DNA of 64,000 nucleotides from Cyanidioschyzon merolae (taxonomy: Eukaryota): assembly GCA_000091205.1 (NCBI GenBank), contig AP006501.2. One strand, given 5' to 3'. Positions within the stretch are counted from its first letter, which is position 1. Each line of letters opens with the position of its first letter. This document shows, in pieces, positions 43,601 to 54,397 of this stretch. The translations under genes and the position numbers were made by a program. Under the pieces are notes generated by a model, which saw only the letters and a program-made list of their open reading frames with translations, was not told the DNA's origin and searched no databases.

Positions 43601-44006
43601 GCAATGGTCCTCGCTTCTGCATGCATACCTGCAGAAGCTCTCTTCACAGCGGGCGTATGGCAGCGACCTGGGTTCATCGTGGCACCAGTTCCACGTCAAA
43701 GTGCTGGCGTTTGTTGAAGAGGTGGCCTATTCTCGGCGCTGGGCCTTTCTCTGTGCGTTCTTGGAGCTGCTTCGCGGAAAACTCTCCACTTTCAGTCGAG
43801 ATATCCGGCCAATCGCCGCTCTTTTGGTCAAAACCTATGAAAAGTGTGTAGAACTCGTACAGATCGCTTGGATGAAGCACCAAAGCGATCGCATTGTTCC
43901 CGGGGCAAGCACACTACCGCCTCTGGCGATTCAGTCGTTGACATCCAAGTCCGAAGCACATGACGCGTGGAAATTTTTGCTCTTGAATACACAGATTCCC
44001 GAGTAA
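40626..44006 (+). CDS. REV1: DNA repair protein REV1 (BRCT + Y-family polymerase/deoxycytidyl transferase)
   Basis: N-terminal BRCT: '[44 protein letters not shown]'. Y-family catalytic core: '[32 protein letters not shown]...[32 protein letters not shown]...GVSIDEAYL'. ATG at 40626 verified. Internal poly-Pro/poly-Ala tracts. Confidence 0.85.
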   Translation: [1126 protein letters not shown]

Positions 44007-44933
44007 GTCGCGTAAACCGAGCGTTCCATCGGTTGCCGGCCCTGGATGCATGACAAGTCCCGCGTTGAACTGTGTCAGTCGAGCTTGAGCTGCTCGTTTC
44101 AAGTCACATTCCGAGCATTTGACCTGGGACGCGTCATCGACGAGTCCCATACCCACGGAAAGCAACGCTTGCTCTGAACGAATGCACAAAGTCAATAAAC
44201 CCAGATTCTGTTGAAGAGTTTCCGGATTTCTCGGGCACGATGTAGCTCGACTGACGATTGGCTGATCGCTGTTTACGTTGATCTCAAAGCGCTGTGACAG
44301 AAAGGCGCACCGCTCCATACGGCCACTCCCGGGTTTGTGTATCTATGTACGTATCCGTTTGCGCGTGAAAGCATCCGTAAGCATCCATATGTGTACGTGT
44401 GACCGCGAGCGTGTTCACGCGTCGGGCGCCTTCCCCTCCGGAACCGTTCGCCAGGGGATTTCTGGGCTTGGACCCGCTTTCGTATGCCAGCTTCGTTCTT
44501 CGTTTGCACCTGTCGCAAATATCTTGTCTCCCAGGTTCCAGCGCTTTTTCGACAAGGCCCTGCGACAAGATTGTGCAAGCAACAACGCACTGATGTTGCC
44601 GCACGACGCTTTTTAAATGCAAACACTCTACGCATACCGGATAGCATGCGGAAAGCGTCATGGGATGCGCCTGCGTTCGGGCGCGTTGACCGAGTTCAGG
44701 CGGGTGCCACTGCTTCATGCGCTGATATCTGGATCCATGAAAAGACCTCGAAAGCGATGGCGTTTCCAAAGCGTTTTTGATGTAATCACAGCGCCCACGG
44801 AACCGCAATCAGATGTGGCCCATGCCAAGCTAGTTTCACGCTGTGCTCTGTACAAGCTCGTGGCTCCTGCTACCGTGAAGCATTTTAGTTGCCTTGCAGG
44901 TATGCTTTCAGGTCACGATTCTTCCGAGTATGC

Positions 44934-45767
44934 CTACACCAGACTTGAAACGGTTTCCGGATCCATTGTGTTCACGATACCTGCTTCCGATACCATGGTG
45001 GCGATGATATGACAGAGTTCCTCGTAGCGCTCTACAAGGATTTGCTCTAGCTTCTGGTGGTTGTCAACGCCAGCACCCAAGTAACCGACGCTGGTACCGT
45101 TTTGGGCTTCCTCAGACGTCCCAGACGAGAGGAGTGGTGGTTCCAAAGTTGTCGCGACGTTGCTCCGTGCCTGAGACGCCGTGAAAGGCAGAACGCTGCC
45201 TCCCTCGAGGTGCAGTGTACGGCGGAGGCACTGTTCGAACCTTTGGCCAAACTCCAACAGCAGAAGAGACTCATGTTCTCGCTCTCCAATGATGACCGCA
45301 ACTACATCACCCAAGCGTCGGACAAGGATCGTATAGTCCTCGAGGCGGAGGACCTGCTCGCGATCAGCTGCGGCTTCAGATAAACCCAACTGCGCCCACA
45401 CCGGTGGCAGCAACTCCTCCAACGTGCGAAGCAGGCGTTCGTTTAACTCCAGGGGACTCAGTCTGGCGCTCAGGATGTGCGCAGTTCCCGGAGCGGAACG
45501 CTCTCCAGCGTCGCTCGCTTGCCGGGTAGGGGTCAGGTTGCCACTGGTCCGTCGCTCCACCCCGAGGGCGCTGTGTGCAGGCCGAGCCGCTTTTCCAGCA
45601 GGAAAGTCCCCGAAGATGCTTCCATAGAGAATTCCACGAGTGTAATAAGATATGAGGTACAGCGCCCGAATCATGCGGCCCCAGACCTGCAACACGTTCG
45701 AGAATAACGTCAACGAAAGTACGTTGATCTGCAGCGCAAGCGCTGCGCCTGGTAAACTGCTTCTCAT
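44934..45767 (-). CDS. Hypothetical protein (277 aa), no confident family. Possible longin/roadblock-like fold
   Basis: ATG-initiated ORF with GC3-biased codon usage. 'DYTILVRRLGDVVAVIIGEREHESLLLLEFGQRFEQCL' resembles small alpha/beta regulatory domains. Confidence 0.35.
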   Translation of the reverse strand: MRSSLPGAALALQINVLSLTLFSNVLQVWGRMIRALYLISYYTRGILYGSIFGDFPAGKAARPAHSALGVERRTSGNLTPTRQASDAGERSAPGTAHILSARLSPLELNERLLRTLEELLPPVWAQLGLSEAAADREQVLRLEDYTILVRRLGDVVAVIIGEREHESLLLLEFGQRFEQCLRRTLHLEGGSVLPFTASQARSNVATTLEPPLLSSGTSEEAQNGTSVGYLGAGVDNHQKLEQILVERYEELCHIIATMVSEAGIVNTMDPETVSSLV

Positions 45768-46604
45768 ACGATCTTCGACGTGCTCTGTGAACGATGATTC
45801 GCTTCAGGCGACGTTGCGTTCGATGCGGGCTACTCAGACGCATAGACCACCAAGGGAGCTACGAGCTTGCATTGAGGAGCGTCATCCAGGAAAACGTCTT
45901 CCGATCACGCGAGCAGGTAGTCTTCGGGAACAGGTCGCTTGTGCAGTTGTCACGCTCGAACAAATCACCACTTTCTGGTCACTCTGAGCCGTTGATGGAA
46001 TCTGCAATCAAAGCATAGGACGAGCTGGTAGAAAATGAAAGGAAAACAGCGCGAAGAGCGCCTGGGTATACCTCTATCGGACGGTTTTGTGTTCTCTACC
46101 AAACGACATACGTTGTTGTTGACGAAACCGAGTTTCCGCGTTCGCACCGCGCTCGCCGTTTGCTAGACTCATTTCCGTGTTAAATAGGGCAGAGCCAATG
46201 ATGCGGGCGTACACTCGAAAGTTTGCGTCTCATGTGACTTTCATCAATACCAGCCTTTGCGGGCTATTTCTCCTACTGCGTCCTTTTCCTCTTTCTCATC
46301 ACTGTCATGAAGGATGCCGGTCTACACGGTTTCCCTACCTCCATTGCTAGCTTTCGAGGGATGCTGATGTCAGCGCTGCAATTCTGATTTCACCGCATCC
46401 GCCAAGTGTCGATCCATGTCATGCACAGACCATCGTTGTGAACTACGCGTTGATTTCCATTTTCTTCTTCTTGGTAAACTACCTCGCTGCGTCCTTCTCG
46501 CCTGGGTCACTTGACTGTGGTCAGGTATTCTTATGTACGTCCGTCCTGGAGCGGACACCCTCTGGGGTACGCGAAAGCCGTTCTGTCTCCGTGTCGCATC
46601 CGCA

Positions 46605-46730
46605 CCGGCGCTAGAGGCGCTATCGCAGACGACCGGGGCAGGTACTCGGCGCGCGATAGAACGTATGAAACAACCAGCATATCCGAGAAGAGGTATGGGA
46701 CATGGAACTCGGAAGTATGGTGCATCATGA
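46605..46730 (+). other. Conserved non-coding element, copy 1 (~115 nt), ~430 bp upstream of the RPL12 gene
   Basis: About 80% identical to 55228-55340 in the same orientation. Shared core: 'gatagRacgtatgaaacRaccagMatatccgagaRgaRKtatggg'. The element spans ORF-track entries 46533..46730 and 55146..55340, which share a 'RMK.P.YPR' translation; their encoded proteins are judged spurious. Confidence 0.6.
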
Positions 46731-47156
46731 TGGGCACTTTCCAGAATGCCAACATCCATTGCGCAATCAGGCAACGCGAGTCTGTGTCAACGTTTCGTCT
46801 GATGCAACGAAAAACCATCGTTTGGATTGCGCTGCAGGCGTCACGACACGAGCTGTGACACATGATGCCGCCATCGCCGCTGCCGCCTAGCGCAGCACGC
46901 GCATGGCGCAGAAATGACCCGAAAATATACAAATCTCCCTGAGCCTCCGGCGTGCACCGCGCACTGCACTGCAAGCGAGCGCTCTCTACGCTGTCTTCCG
47001 TATGGACAACTGTTGCGATCCATAGAACAACGCGCGTTGAGCCGCTGTTCTTAGAGAAACGGACCCGGGCGTGTGAATCTTGTTTCTTTTATAGCCCTAA
47101 ACACCGGGTTTTCTTGGTTGCTATAGAGAAGCCGTCAGACAAGACCAGCACACAAA

Positions 47157-47654
47157 ATGCCTCCAAAAGGCGACCCGAACGCTGTAACCATCGTCTACGT
47201 CAGGGTTGTTGGCGGGGAAGGTGCGGCTGCCTCCAGTTTGGCGCCCAAGATTGGTCCACTCGGACTCTCACCTAAGAAAGTTGGCGATGATATCGCAAAA
47301 GCGACAAAGGATTGGAAGGGTCTGCGCATTATGGTCAAGCTCACCGTTCAGAATCGTCAAGCGCAGGTTGAAGTCGTCCCGAGTGCTGCAGCGCTGATCA
47401 TCCGCGCTCTGAAAGAGCCGCCCCGAGACCGAAAGAAAGTGAAGAACGTGAAGCACGATGGGAACTTGACTCTTGATGAAATCAAAGAGATCGCTCGAAT
47501 TATGCGGGAACGATCCTGTGCACGTGAGCTCAGTGGAGTGGTACGTGAAATTCTCGGGACCTGCCACAGCATCGGGTGCATGGTCGAGGGACGTCATCCA
47601 CGAGAAGTCATCGAGCAGATCCGCTCTGGCGAGATCATGATCGAGAACGTGTAA
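47157..47654 (+). CDS. RPL12: 60S ribosomal protein L12 (uL11), single exon
   Basis: '[94 protein letters not shown]' is near-identical in pattern to eukaryotic RPL12. Confidence 0.95.
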   Translation: MPPKGDPNAVTIVYVRVVGGEGAAASSLAPKIGPLGLSPKKVGDDIAKATKDWKGLRIMVKLTVQNRQAQVEVVPSAAALIIRALKEPPRDRKKVKNVKHDGNLTLDEIKEIARIMRERSCARELSGVVREILGTCHSIGCMVEGRHPREVIEQIRSGEIMIENV

Positions 47655-48526
47655 AAGCTGATGTGGACAAGATAGGTCTCGCTCTGTCGACATAACGACC
47701 CGTGCATCGCCGGCACGATACGCGGCGCGAATGTCCCCGAATACGCACGAGCGATCGCGCAGCCTGCACGTAACCGGATGACGAGGAGGCGCTGCCGCCC
47801 TTGTAGATGATGGTACACGATTTTTCCTCGATGGACGGCAGGTGTCTCGTTCAGTCCCTTACACGGGAAATCCTTGAACGAAGCCCGCTTCCAGGTCAGT
47901 TGAACGTTGATGCAATGCCCATGCATACAAGAACACGCGGAAAGGCATGCGAACGTGCACCTGCATACCGCAGGGCACTTTGATCGAATTCGTGTCCAGG
48001 GCGATGATGATCCGCGCGCCACAGGGGCATACGCTCGCACCGCACGCAACGTCAGGGACTAGGCAGATAACAACTCAGAACGATCACGCTGAAGAAGTCG
48101 AATTGCGCCTCGACTGGCTCGTGCTAACTCGTGCACACGTGCGCCAACGGTCTACACACATCCGTGTCATCAAAAATAGACGACGGGTACGCCTCCATGA
48201 CGACCAACATGAATCCTGACACATGATACCCACAGCAGAGCCGAATGCATACACCCGCATCGCGTTTCCAGATCCGAGCGCCAATCCAAGCCACGAAACG
48301 CAACTTGTCGACAGGAGACGCCACAGTTGCCGCCGAGCAGGCGACGATGTCGCCGCCAGGAAGTCGCATCTCGTGACGCGCGCCACAGCCACGGCCTCGT
48401 GCGATCGTTTGATCTGCGTCCTGCGGGACGACTCCAGTCCGAGCGACTTGTTGTTGATAGCGATTTCGCGTGTTGGGCTTCTCTCTAAAACACTTTGCGA
48501 GTTTCACTGCAACTCTAGCTGCATCT

Positions 48527-49456
48527 ATGAATAGGCTCTCTATAAATTCTAACTCATGTGTCTGTAGAAAACAGATTGATTTGGCAGCATCCGGACGACA
48601 CGCTCTGCGTCGGTGCGAGGGGCTGCGGCCGGCCACAGCACGGCTAGCACAAGTCTGCGGCTTCGTCGCGGGCCCAGCAACGACATGGAACCGGGATCAG
48701 GGAAAGACCCAACAGTGTCGGACTTGTGCCCGTTGCTGTTTCAAGTATGGGCTTCGGGGGGCGAATTTCTCGCTTGCTGCTCGAGCCCGGTCCCATTCTC
48801 GACTCGTCTGCTGCGAGGGCCAAAGCGTCCAGCACGGGCGCACTGAGCGCTCCCCCGTCGGGTGCAGCAGCGAGCTTCGTCGAAACAACAAGGGCGGCGG
48901 ATCAGGCCCCGAGACCGAGATCACCGTAGAACCCGAGGTAAGCACGGCAACGATCGCACGCGAGGTTGAGCGATCGTTTGATACGGTTCTCCAGGAGCTG
49001 GCGGCGATTCAGTCGGACTCGCCGCGAAACGTGGCGATTCTAGGAACCCGCCATTGCTCATACTTGCACCAGCAAATCATTGAACTCCTGACGTTTGCCA
49101 ACGTGCTCCTGGGAAACCATGTCATCACCTCGGGGGGTATCGGTAGCAATATGGCCGTGATCCGTGGGGCGCTGCGGGCCGACAAGCCCGAACTCTTGAC
49201 TGTCGTGCTGCCGCAGAGTGTCGAGAAGCAGCCTACTGAAGTGCGCGAATTGTTGGAACGTGTGACACAGGTTGTGGAAATGAAGCAGAATGATAGCTTA
49301 CCGTTAGATGTCGCGAGTAGACTATGCAACTCAGATATCATCAGCAGAGCGGATCGTTTCATAAGTTTCGCGTTCCACGATAGTGAAGTGGTGCTGGAAG
49401 CCGCCAGGGAGGCTAAGGCACTGAACAAAGTAGTCACTTTACTGTATTTGGACTAG
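48527..49456 (+). CDS. DprA/Smf-like (SLOG Rossmann-fold) protein with an N-terminal extension (possible organellar targeting)
   Basis: 'VAILGTRHCSYLHQQIIELL...NHVITSGGIGSNMAVIRGALRA...LLTVVLPQSV' parallels DprA blocks (VAIVGSR..S.YG / VVSGlArGiDaaAHrGAL / TiAVLg). The ORF opens at GTG 48470 and the first ATG is 48527. Assignment is from motif order only. Confidence 0.5.
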   Translation: MNRLSINSNSCVCRKQIDLAASGRHALRRCEGLRPATARLAQVCGFVAGPATTWNRDQGKTQQCRTCARCCFKYGLRGANFSLAARARSHSRLVCCEGQSVQHGRTERSPVGCSSELRRNNKGGGSGPETEITVEPEVSTATIAREVERSFDTVLQELAAIQSDSPRNVAILGTRHCSYLHQQIIELLTFANVLLGNHVITSGGIGSNMAVIRGALRADKPELLTVVLPQSVEKQPTEVRELLERVTQVVEMKQNDSLPLDVASRLCNSDIISRADRFISFAFHDSEVVLEAAREAKALNKVVTLLYLD

Positions 49457-51153
49457 GCGTTGGCTGTCCGTTCTCGGGGTCCGACGGCACCTGCCTCGAA
49501 CATGCCGAGCGCGTGTTCGGGGCCTCTCTCTCTCTGGTCGCTGCGCTGCGGCCAGATCATCCACGTTCTTCATGGGGATGGATCGCTCGCTCGCCAGGAT
49601 GAAAAGCGGTGCGTCGGTCTGACAAGTTGCATCCCCCGCGACTGGGCGCCGACCAACGAAGATGGCGACCAGAGAACGAGGACTCCATCATGCGCCAGTC
49701 ATCTAAAATCGTCTGTTTTACGGAGCACTCATATGCCGCACGCTGTTTCTGAACGAGTCCCCGGGTTGCTGTAGCCGTGCTCGTTACCCGTCTCTGGAGG
49801 CGAACACCGATTACCTAACGTCATGATGCTCGCTGGGGTCCGAATGTCTCCCCAGCCGTCCATGAGCTTGGCACCGAATGGCACCCCATGAAACGGCCAT
49901 CCAGGGTCCAGCCTCACACAAAACTCATTTCATCATGTATGTGCAGGTGCATCCTCGCCGGATGACCAGCGATCTCGTCTCAAGTGCTGGCTCGCGTACC
50001 CAGTCCTTGGTGTGTCGCTGATGCGCCACAAGGCCGCTTGCTTGCGCAGCGCGCGTTCACAATTTCTCTGTAAGGAATACAGCGTAAACCATGGCGCCTG
50101 ACCCAGAGCTAACGTTTACAGGGGTATCACAAACCTGCGCTCTCCGCGGATATTACCAGGCGGGGCCCTGAGTCAAGCCGCCCGTTCCCTACGAGCACGC
50201 CTCTCAACCGATAGGCTCTGAGAGTGCCCGCAGCGACGTTCAGCCGAGGTATACGCCCTGGTGGGATCCGCGCACCCCAGGGCGTACGGCGACAAAGGCC
50301 GTCTGACAATGCAGCAAAAGGACAGCAGCATCCGCGGCCTCTGGTCCATCCGAGCCACCCGCTTATCCTAACTTTGCGTGCCGCGTATTGCTAGAAGCAT
50401 GGACGAGCCATTCAGTGGACAGCCGCCTCTGCACCGCACTCGTCAATCGAAGCGCTTGACAATCCAGCGCTGGTACGGATACGCAGCGTTGCGTCGCAGT
50501 CCGATCACGTCTTGATCGATAGACACTTTTGCGGCAAGTCGTGGACGCACCGTCGCCGGACGGGGCAAGCACCCGCACGCGCAGCCTGCGTTACACGACT
50601 TGGTGGACGGCGCTGCTCGCTCGCCGTGACTTGTGTTCGGCAGCGTTTCGAGCGGAGCATGAAAGGGCACGATTGCACTCGCACACCTCCAACGACCCGT
50701 CCAGAGTTGGTTCAGAAGTCGGTGCTGCAGCTGCGATGCAGTGCGGTCTGTAGTACTCGCGTACCCAGGAAACTGGTACGAAAGCAGCGATCGAGATGCG
50801 CTCGCAGTACCCGAGGAAACGGAAACGATCGACAACGTCTCTGAACTGGTGTCGTGCTTGCTTCCCATCGTGCCGGTGATGTGTCCAGCTGTACCCGTCC
50901 GTGTACCCAGTTCGTCCAAGCAGCTCCATATTGAGCGCTGGGCATCCCGTAGCGCTGCAAAGCAGCAACACTGGACGGATGCATAGGTCGCTGGTGCAGA
51001 CGCTGCAACTTTCCGAGCGCTGCTACAGGTCTGCGCTGGCCGTGAAAACGCGGCCTCCAGAGCCAGCGCGTGTGCACACCCCAGCGTTAAGCACGTCAGC
51101 ACTGGACGAAACCTGCTACTGCCGTTCGCCGTTCGGGGTTCACGTTTCCGTTG

Positions 51154-51687
51154 ATGTCTCCGAACGACCTCTGGTCTAGTATCGCGTTTTGCGGACAGTG
51201 TGCACAGTTGCTGTCGTCGACCGGAGCGACGGGCGAACAGGACCCTTCAGCTGGTGGGGCTTCTGCCTCGTCCGCTGCGGGCTCGGGCATGTCGCTGGGG
51301 TTCCTCACGGACCTCCCTCGAGTGCCCTGCTTTCGAGTGTCGGTCCTTCAGGGAATTCTAGGAGGTTTCACGCTGACAGGGTTTCGTGTCTTCCACGAGT
51401 TCCGCAAAGCACGACAACAAACAAGCAGCAACACGTTTACGCAGGTTCCGGTGCTCGCCCGGGTGGCTGGGATCGGCACCGTTGACTTTGCGGTGCGCTC
51501 TATCCTGGTTTTTTCGGCGTTGAGTTGGTTAGTGTGCCGCTACAAGTACCGCCAGAGTCGTGAGCAGATTCGTCGTGCGATAGGACAGGCCACGTGGCAA
51601 CCAGAGCCAAAGCTGCTGCCTGCACGCGAAAGCGACCCGCCAGAGGCAGCTGTATCCGAGGTTCCGAAGGAAGAGCACACGCCCTGA
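51154..51687 (+). CDS. Small membrane protein, tentatively PRAT (Tim17/Tim22/OEP16-like) family
   Basis: 'PCFRVSVLQGILGGFTLTGFRVFHEFRKA' resembles the Tim17 N-terminal '[34 protein letters not shown]'. Predicted TM segments. Weak evidence. Confidence 0.3.
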   Translation: MSPNDLWSSIAFCGQCAQLLSSTGATGEQDPSAGGASASSAAGSGMSLGFLTDLPRVPCFRVSVLQGILGGFTLTGFRVFHEFRKARQQTSSNTFTQVPVLARVAGIGTVDFAVRSILVFSALSWLVCRYKYRQSREQIRRAIGQATWQPEPKLLPARESDPPEAAVSEVPKEEHTP

Positions 51688-51923
51688 CAGGTATACAGTC
51701 GGTAGCCGGTCACTGGCCCTCGAGGGCCGCGCTAGGCTGCAAGCTGAGGCGGGCTCCGCAGTGAAAACTCACCCGAGTCTGCTGCCTGCTCGAGAGCGCC
51801 CCCTTGCCGTTCAATGAACCAGGACAACGGCACAAGAAAGCTTCCATCGCCAGCGTTTTCACGCTCAACTCGTCAGGATATTGTCGAGTGCCCGCTGCGG
51901 CAGACAGCTTTGCCCTCCGAGCT

Positions 51924-52376
51924 CTACTGGTCGGAAGTATGCCCGCTAGCCGCTGGTGCCTCAGGCGGGAGACCTGACGTCTCGAGCACGGCCCTGAACT
52001 TTTTCAGAGCGTTTTCCTTTTCACGTCCAATGTATTCGAGGTCGTAGACATCGTATAATAAACGCAGTAGAAACAGGTCAGGGTTCTCGCCGCGGTCCAG
52101 CCACTGCAGCAACTCCAGTGGAACGCGCCAGTTCCCTGGCTCCGCCAGAGAAGCCTCTGTAGCGCTCAGCGTGGCACACTTGGTCCGCTGCTCCATGCAG
52201 AGCGCTCGAAGGCGTTGGTACGCTCCCGCCAACGCTTGGATCGTCGCGGACAACGCGTCAGGCCCCGCTTGCGACGAAGCCTCGCGGTAGAAGACGGCAG
52301 CACGGTTTAAGCGTTCCCACAGACGGATGCACTCCACCAGCTGCTTCTCTACCGCAGCATAGTCGTTGTCACTCAT
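51924..52376 (-). CDS. MED10: Mediator complex subunit 10 (MED10/NUT2)
   Basis: 'VPLELLQWLDRGENPDLFLLRLL...GREKENALKKFRAVL' matches MED10 'VPLEVFEYIDQGRNPQLYTKECLER...GKIDTMKKFKSLL'. 'FYREASSQAGPDAL' matches 'FQPSSQAGLNQKL'. The ORF opens at TTG 52379 and ATG is 52376. Confidence 0.7.
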   Translation of the reverse strand: MSDNDYAAVEKQLVECIRLWERLNRAAVFYREASSQAGPDALSATIQALAGAYQRLRALCMEQRTKCATLSATEASLAEPGNWRVPLELLQWLDRGENPDLFLLRLLYDVYDLEYIGREKENALKKFRAVLETSGLPPEAPAASGHTSDQ

Positions 52377-52592
52377 CAACGAAGCAAGCGTCTCCCGTTC
52401 AGACGCGAAGACAATCCCTGTGGCAGCGCGGTGGCGCTCACAACAATACCGACAAAGCGACTAGTTTGCGGTATCCAGCCCGGCATGCCCAGGCAAAGGA
52501 CTGGCAAACGATTCGCGTACCGTCGTGAATGCAGCCCGGACTGCAGCGCGGTCAGTCATTGGCACTGACGAAGCACTGTCCAGGTGTTACCG

Positions 52593-53465
52593 ATGTTCAC
52601 GTTTTTGGCCTCATCGACGATCGAAACGAATACGTCGTTTGCATCTTTGGTACTGGTGAGCGTTGTCGTGCTGGCAAGCGCTTGGCTATGGCACCGGTAT
52701 AGCAACCGCGCTGGCGAGAGAGCACCTGCCCTTAAGCCTGATACGTTCACCCGGTTCCGTCTGGTAGCCAAAACCGTCGTGTCCCATAACACGCGTCTGT
52801 TTCGGTTCGCGCTTCCGTTCCCTGATCAACTACTTGGTCTGCCGCCAGGGCAGCACGTTGTGCTACGTGCGCGCGTTCCTGACGCCGAGGAGCCAATTCT
52901 CCGACCGTACACACCGGTGTCGAAACCGGAAACACGCGGTTACTTCGAGTTGCTCGTGAAGGTCTATCCTGCGCCTAGCGGAAAAATGGGTCGCTATCTA
53001 GACGCTCTGGAACCGGGAAGAGACTTTGTGGAAGCACGAGGCCCAAGCGGAACCTTCAGTTACCAACGGAACATGGTTGCAGAACTTGGTATGATCGCAG
53101 GCGGCACGGGGATCACGCCCATGTGGCAATTGATTCAAGTAATCCTGAGTGACCCTTCTGATAAGACTCGAATCAAACTGATCTTTGCAAATGTGAAAGA
53201 AGAAGATATTTTATTGCGTTCTGCGATCGATGCTGCAGCAGCGCAATACGCGGAGCGATTCACTCGTTTTTACGTCCTAAACGAGCCGCCTGCTGAATGG
53301 AGCATGGGCATAGGTTTCGTTACGCAAGAGCACATCCGAAGTTTTATAGGTCTCCCGGATGCGAGCAAGATGGTGCTCATCTGCGGCCCGCCGCCGATGA
53401 ACAAGGCAATGCGCGAGCATCTCGAGGCCCTTGGCTACGACAAAGCCGCTGTGTTTCGGTTCTAA
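52593..53465 (+). CDS. NADH-cytochrome b5 reductase (FNR-type FAD/NAD oxidoreductase) with an N-terminal membrane anchor
   Basis: 'RPYTPVS' (FAD-binding RxYTxxS), 'GMIAGGTGITPMWQLI' (NAD-binding GGxGxxP), 'CGPPPM' C-terminal motif, N-terminal hydrophobic anchor. The ORF opens at GTG 52584 and ATG is 52593. Confidence 0.9.
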   Translation: MFTFLASSTIETNTSFASLVLVSVVVLASAWLWHRYSNRAGERAPALKPDTFTRFRLVAKTVVSHNTRLFRFALPFPDQLLGLPPGQHVVLRARVPDAEEPILRPYTPVSKPETRGYFELLVKVYPAPSGKMGRYLDALEPGRDFVEARGPSGTFSYQRNMVAELGMIAGGTGITPMWQLIQVILSDPSDKTRIKLIFANVKEEDILLRSAIDAAAAQYAERFTRFYVLNEPPAEWSMGIGFVTQEHIRSFIGLPDASKMVLICGPPPMNKAMREHLEALGYDKAAVFRF

Positions 53466-54397
53466 AGTATCCGGTACGCAACAGACGATGCGGTGTCTAG
53501 GGTTTTGCGTCATCATGGAGCAAACGCATCCGGCAGTCGCACGACGCGCTCTGCAACGTACACGCTCGCAACCCGAATACGCACCGCTGGACACGGCCCT
53601 GGGACGCTAGGTACCGGCGCATGCTCCATGGCGCCTGTCGTCTGCGTAGGCGCGTTGCAGCGATCCTAGTACCAGCAGCATGCGTTGACAAGGGTGCGTA
53701 TCTAGACGCGAGTCCATGGAAACCGCTGCTCTGGGCGTGTCGAGCGTGAACGCGACCATTGATAGAGAGAGACAGGGCAGACGCTGGGCGCCTGCTTTGT
53801 AAAGCATCCTATATAAGTCCACAACAAGACGCAGCACGGTCTCTTCCAGTCCGCTGAAATCATTTTCATCTGCTGGCGAATAGAGCCTGGTGTGGGCGGA
53901 TCCACTGCGTCGCGCGATTCCCGACGTGGTCAGGTTCTGCTGCACCGTCCGAGGTGAAGCGTTCTAGACCAATCGATGCTAGTGTCGTCGATACGCAGCT
54001 GCTCTGTCATCTGTGCAGTTTAAAGCTCGCGGGTGTGACACGACGCCCGATGGTCCCCGTACGTGTCGCGCCGCCGATACCCGCTTTCAGACGGAATGGC
54101 CCCCGCACCTAAACCATGCCATGCTTCCCCTCGATTCGCTTCCTATTCTGAACTGTAATGTGCCAAAGCATAAATTCGTAGACCTGCAGCCGTAACACAG
54201 CGGAAGCTGCCGATTGCTAGAGTTCACGCAACCCCCGGCGCTGTCAAGCCCCTGTTTCAGCAATCATCTGTCGAAACGGCTCCGATTCTCGATGCCATGC
54301 AGCGTGCGGCACGCGTAGCACGGGAATCCCTCATACCACCGCGACTACCGGCATCGTCGCGGGTACGCACGTCGGCTTTTTCCATGGTTATACGTCG

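Noticed and set aside
46533-46730. Short ORFs 46533..46730 and 55146..55340 sharing the peptide 'RMK.P.YPR'
   Set aside because: The similarity is at the nucleotide level across a non-coding-looking element. Each ORF is GC-composition driven. There is no codon-position-specific substitution pattern to suggest coding conservation.
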